This document shows positions 61,289 to 64,000 of a stretch of 64,000 nucleotides of DNA, in pieces; position 1 is the first letter of the stretch; each line of letters opens with the position of its first letter. Where the stretch lies: assembly GCA_965214705.1 (NCBI GenBank), contig OZ243972.1, forward strand, positions 3,104,001 through 3,168,000. The letters are read 5' to 3'. A model generated the notes under the pieces. It made no database searches. It was not told the origin of the DNA and saw only the letters and a program-made list of their open reading frames with translations. The stretch comes from Alphaproteobacteria bacterium. Lineage in GTDB: Bacteria > Pseudomonadota > Alphaproteobacteria > UBA828. A program made the position numbers and the translations under genes.

Positions 61289-63448
61289 CCCAGGTTGGCA
61301 CTTTTGTCCTACCCATGTCCTTTATCATGTTGATGTAACGCGATATTTCTCTCGGCCGATTCCAACATGGCACTACATTTTGTTGGATTCTGTCAGTTCG
61401 GCAGGCGGGTCCTCGTGCGGTGGATGGCGGGTTCCACGCCCGCCGCCGAGGAGATTGCGGCTACCTCAGCGGCCGGGCGCGTGTCCTGTCGATTGACGAT
61501 CAACGTGCCGTCGGTCTGGCGCAGGCGCGTGGTGATCCGCACCCAGGTCCGCATGCTCTCGCGGATCGATGCCCAGCACTTGTGGATGCCGCGCGCGGCC
61601 AGCCGGGTACGGATCAGATGCACGGCGTGGTAGGCCAGCACGGCGATCAGCAGGTGGGCCGCGATGCGCCGGTCGAGCTGGTGCCAGATCGGGCGAAGGC
61701 CGAGCTCGGATTTTAGGCTCTTGAATGTCGCCTCGATATCCGTGATCCGCCAGTACGTCCGCAGGACCGTCTCGATATCCCAGTCGACGTGGCTGGTGCG
61801 CAGCACATAGGCGCCGGCGCCCTCATCGGCCTCGTCGTATCGCGGCCTGCGCTTGAAGCGCACGGCGGTGGCATTGGGGCCGGTTTTCGCCTTCTCGACC
61901 GTGATCTCGTAGTGCCTGGCGACGGCGGAGAAGCGCTGCTTGAGGCGGCCTATGCTCTCCAGCACCTTGTCGTAGCGCTTGAGGCGGCGCTTGACCGGGA
62001 GGCCGCTGTGGAGCCTTTCCAGCGCCGCCTCGAAGCGGTTCCGCCTCAGGCCGATGATCGCGTTCTCGGCCTTCTTCTTGCCCTCGCTGACGACGTAGAG
62101 CCGCGCCTCGCCGTCCTCGCTGGCAAGCCGCCAGGCCCGCACCTCGTGGCGCGCGCTGGTGATCAGCAGGGCCTCGGGTCCGCCCTCGGGCGGCGCAGGC
62201 CTGGCACCGCGGCTGACCGCGATCCAGTCGTAGCCCTGCTCGCCCAGCCAGACGATGTTTTCCTCGGTGGCGATGCCCGCATCCATGACCACCGTGGGCT
62301 TCGCCGCCGTGCCGCCGCACACCGCCTCGAGCCGCGCCAGCGCCTCGTGCAGCGTGCCCGGCTCGCTCACGTTGCCCGGCAGGATCTCGCAACTGCGCGG
62401 GAAGCCCGCGCCGTCGAGCGCCAGCGCCAGCGTGATGAGGGGACAGTCGTCGCGCTTCTGCTTGGAGCGCCCGAACCTGGGAAGCTCGCCGTGGGTGTGG
62501 CCGTGGTAGTGGACGTTGGTGAGATCGTAGAAGGCGATCGTCTCGGGCAGGTCGAGCAGCGCGCGCTCACGGTTGAACAGTTCCCTCTGGATGGCGGCCC
62601 GGTGGCGCCAGAGCAGGTCGCCGATGCGGTAGAGCGTCTTGCGCCGCAGCGCCTTGCGGTCGCCCTCCAGGCCCAGGAGCTCGGCGGCCGCGCTGTCGTG
62701 GCGGAGCCAGCGGCTGGTATCACGCTCGCTGGCGGGATGGACCATCCTGGCGACGATCAGCGCGCTCGCGATGCGCCCGTCTCGGCCTTTGATGCCAAGG
62801 CCGTGGAGGATGTCGGCGAAGCCAAGGTCGTCGAGGGCCTTGAGGCACAGGCGCTCGCAGCCGACCGTGCGCGGGTTCTCATGCTCCAGGGTATCGAGGT
62901 CGACGGTGGCGATCTCGGGCTTGCGCGCCTCTTCCTGCATCGCCTCGGCACGGAACCCCCTGGCCCTGAGCTTGGCGACGATGTCCTCGGCTGCGGCCTG
63001 CACGTCCGGGACGGCTTGGAGCAGCGGCGGGCGGCCGTGCAGCAGCGCCTCGGCGAGTTCGGCCACTTCGCGCCATTTCTCCTTCGGCACCGGATAGTCG
63101 GTGCCGAGGTTGAGGAGCGTGCGCTGCCTGACCTTGTCGCCGATGCGCTGGGAGAGCACGAGGCGATGGCTTCGGACGGGCTTGCCGTCGGTGGTGTGGG
63201 TCTTGGTTGCCCTGATGAACATGTCGCCCGTCGCGAGATTGTTGCGAGGGGCCAAGATTTGTCGGCTTGGGGTCTGGGGTCAAGGGAAAATCGTCAATAC
63301 CTAACAACTCCTGGCACTACAACGCGCTTCCAGCGCCTCAATTACACATATAGTGGCATCATCTCGGAGCTACCCCAATATGTGGTACTTCGGTCCGCAA
63401 AATATGGGCAGACCGGCATTGAGCAACCGGAAAAAGTGCCAACTTGGG
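61289..63448 (-). mobile_element. IS1634-family insertion sequence (transposase 61393..63222)
   Basis: IRs CCCAGGTTGGCACTTTT / AAAAGTGCCAACTTGGG flanked by TTAA. Motifs FYDLTN, GRSKQKR.D, VMDAG and IEATFKSLKSELGLRPIWH. Confidence 0.9.
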
Positions 63449-63489
63449 TTAAGGTACGCGCAACGAAATTCGAGGCGGGGTGCGGGCCG

Positions 63490-64000
63490 ATGACGAAGCG
63501 GTCGGGTGCAGAGGTTCTTGCGGAGATGCTGCAGGGCTACGGCGTCACGCATGTCTTCATGGTGCCCTCCATCCTGCGGCGTGCGCTGGTCGAAATGGAG
63601 CGGCGGACCACGATCCGGCGCATCCAGGTCCACGCCGAGAAGTCGGCCGCCTACATGGCAGACGGCTACGCGCGGGCCTGCGGCCGGCCCGGCATCTGCA
63701 TGGCGCAGGTGGTGGGCGCGCTCAACCTCGCCGCCGGCCTGCGCGACGCTCATCTCGCCAACGCGCCGGTGATCGCGATGACCGGCGGGCGCGACCCGCG
63801 CACCAAGTTCCGCAAGGCGTACCAGGACCTGGACGACCTGCCGGCCTTCGAGCCGGTAACCAAGTTCAATGCGACCGTGGACGAGGTGACGTGCATTCCC
63901 GACCTGCTGCGCCAGGCCTTCCGGGTCGCCGTCTCCGGCAAGCCCGGCCCGGTGCACCTGCAGTTCCGGGGCAACGAGGGGCAGATCGACTACGAGGAAG
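63490..64000 (+). CDS. Thiamine-diphosphate-dependent enzyme (acetolactate synthase large-subunit-like), runs off the window end
   Basis: MTKRSGAEVLAEMLQGYGVTHVF...HAEKSAAYMADGYAR..GRPG...APVIAMTG, translated by hand; not in the ORF track. Confidence 0.88.
   Translation, partial: MTKRSGAEVLAEMLQGYGVTHVFMVPSILRRALVEMERRTTIRRIQVHAEKSAAYMADGYARACGRPGICMAQVVGALNLAAGLRDAHLANAPVIAMTGGRDPRTKFRKAYQDLDDLPAFEPVTKFNATVDEVTCIPDLLRQAFRVAVSGKPGPVHLQFRGNEGQIDYEE

Noticed and set aside
1-64000. Many long antisense or alternate-frame ORFs (e.g. 1312..2643, 10477..11892, 29475..30989, 44231..45490)
   Set aside because: They overlap well-supported genes, carry no motifs, and are expected shadows in high-GC DNA.

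Overview
This GC-rich bacterial window (probably alphaproteobacterial, by inference) is heavily invaded by insertion sequences and has three parts. (1) About 1.2-41.5 kb is a catabolic region lying between two inverted copies of a DUF4338-fused ISAs1 element. It holds tandem BiuH-like cysteine hydrolases, an enolase-family dehydratase, a PfkB kinase, two GntR regulators, two sugar-type ABC importers, two GMC oxidoreductase/small-subunit pairs, ETF, a FadF-like Fe-S protein and a nucleoside hydrolase. One operon carries three IS insertions. (2) About 41.3-58.1 kb is a fragmented defence-type island. Removing the IS elements by hand gives a four-gene ubiquitin-like operon (Ubl ending in ...RFEG, E2, JAB, E1; Bil/ISG15-like) with a divergent XRE regulator. 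It converges tail-to-tail with a 338-aa proteasome-beta-like Ntn hydrolase gene (Thr1/Asp17, C-terminal TVGG) and a coupled 63-aa basic ORF. The rebuilt E2 has no cysteine. Three 2666-bp elements encoding an IS91-type transposase plus a tyrosine recombinase lie in this island, two of them inside the Ubl operon. (3) About 58-64 kb holds gene remnants, an M29/NicX-like gene, an IS1634 and the start of a ThDP enzyme. No rRNA, tRNA or CRISPR array was seen. All family calls come from reading motifs by eye, not from database searches.
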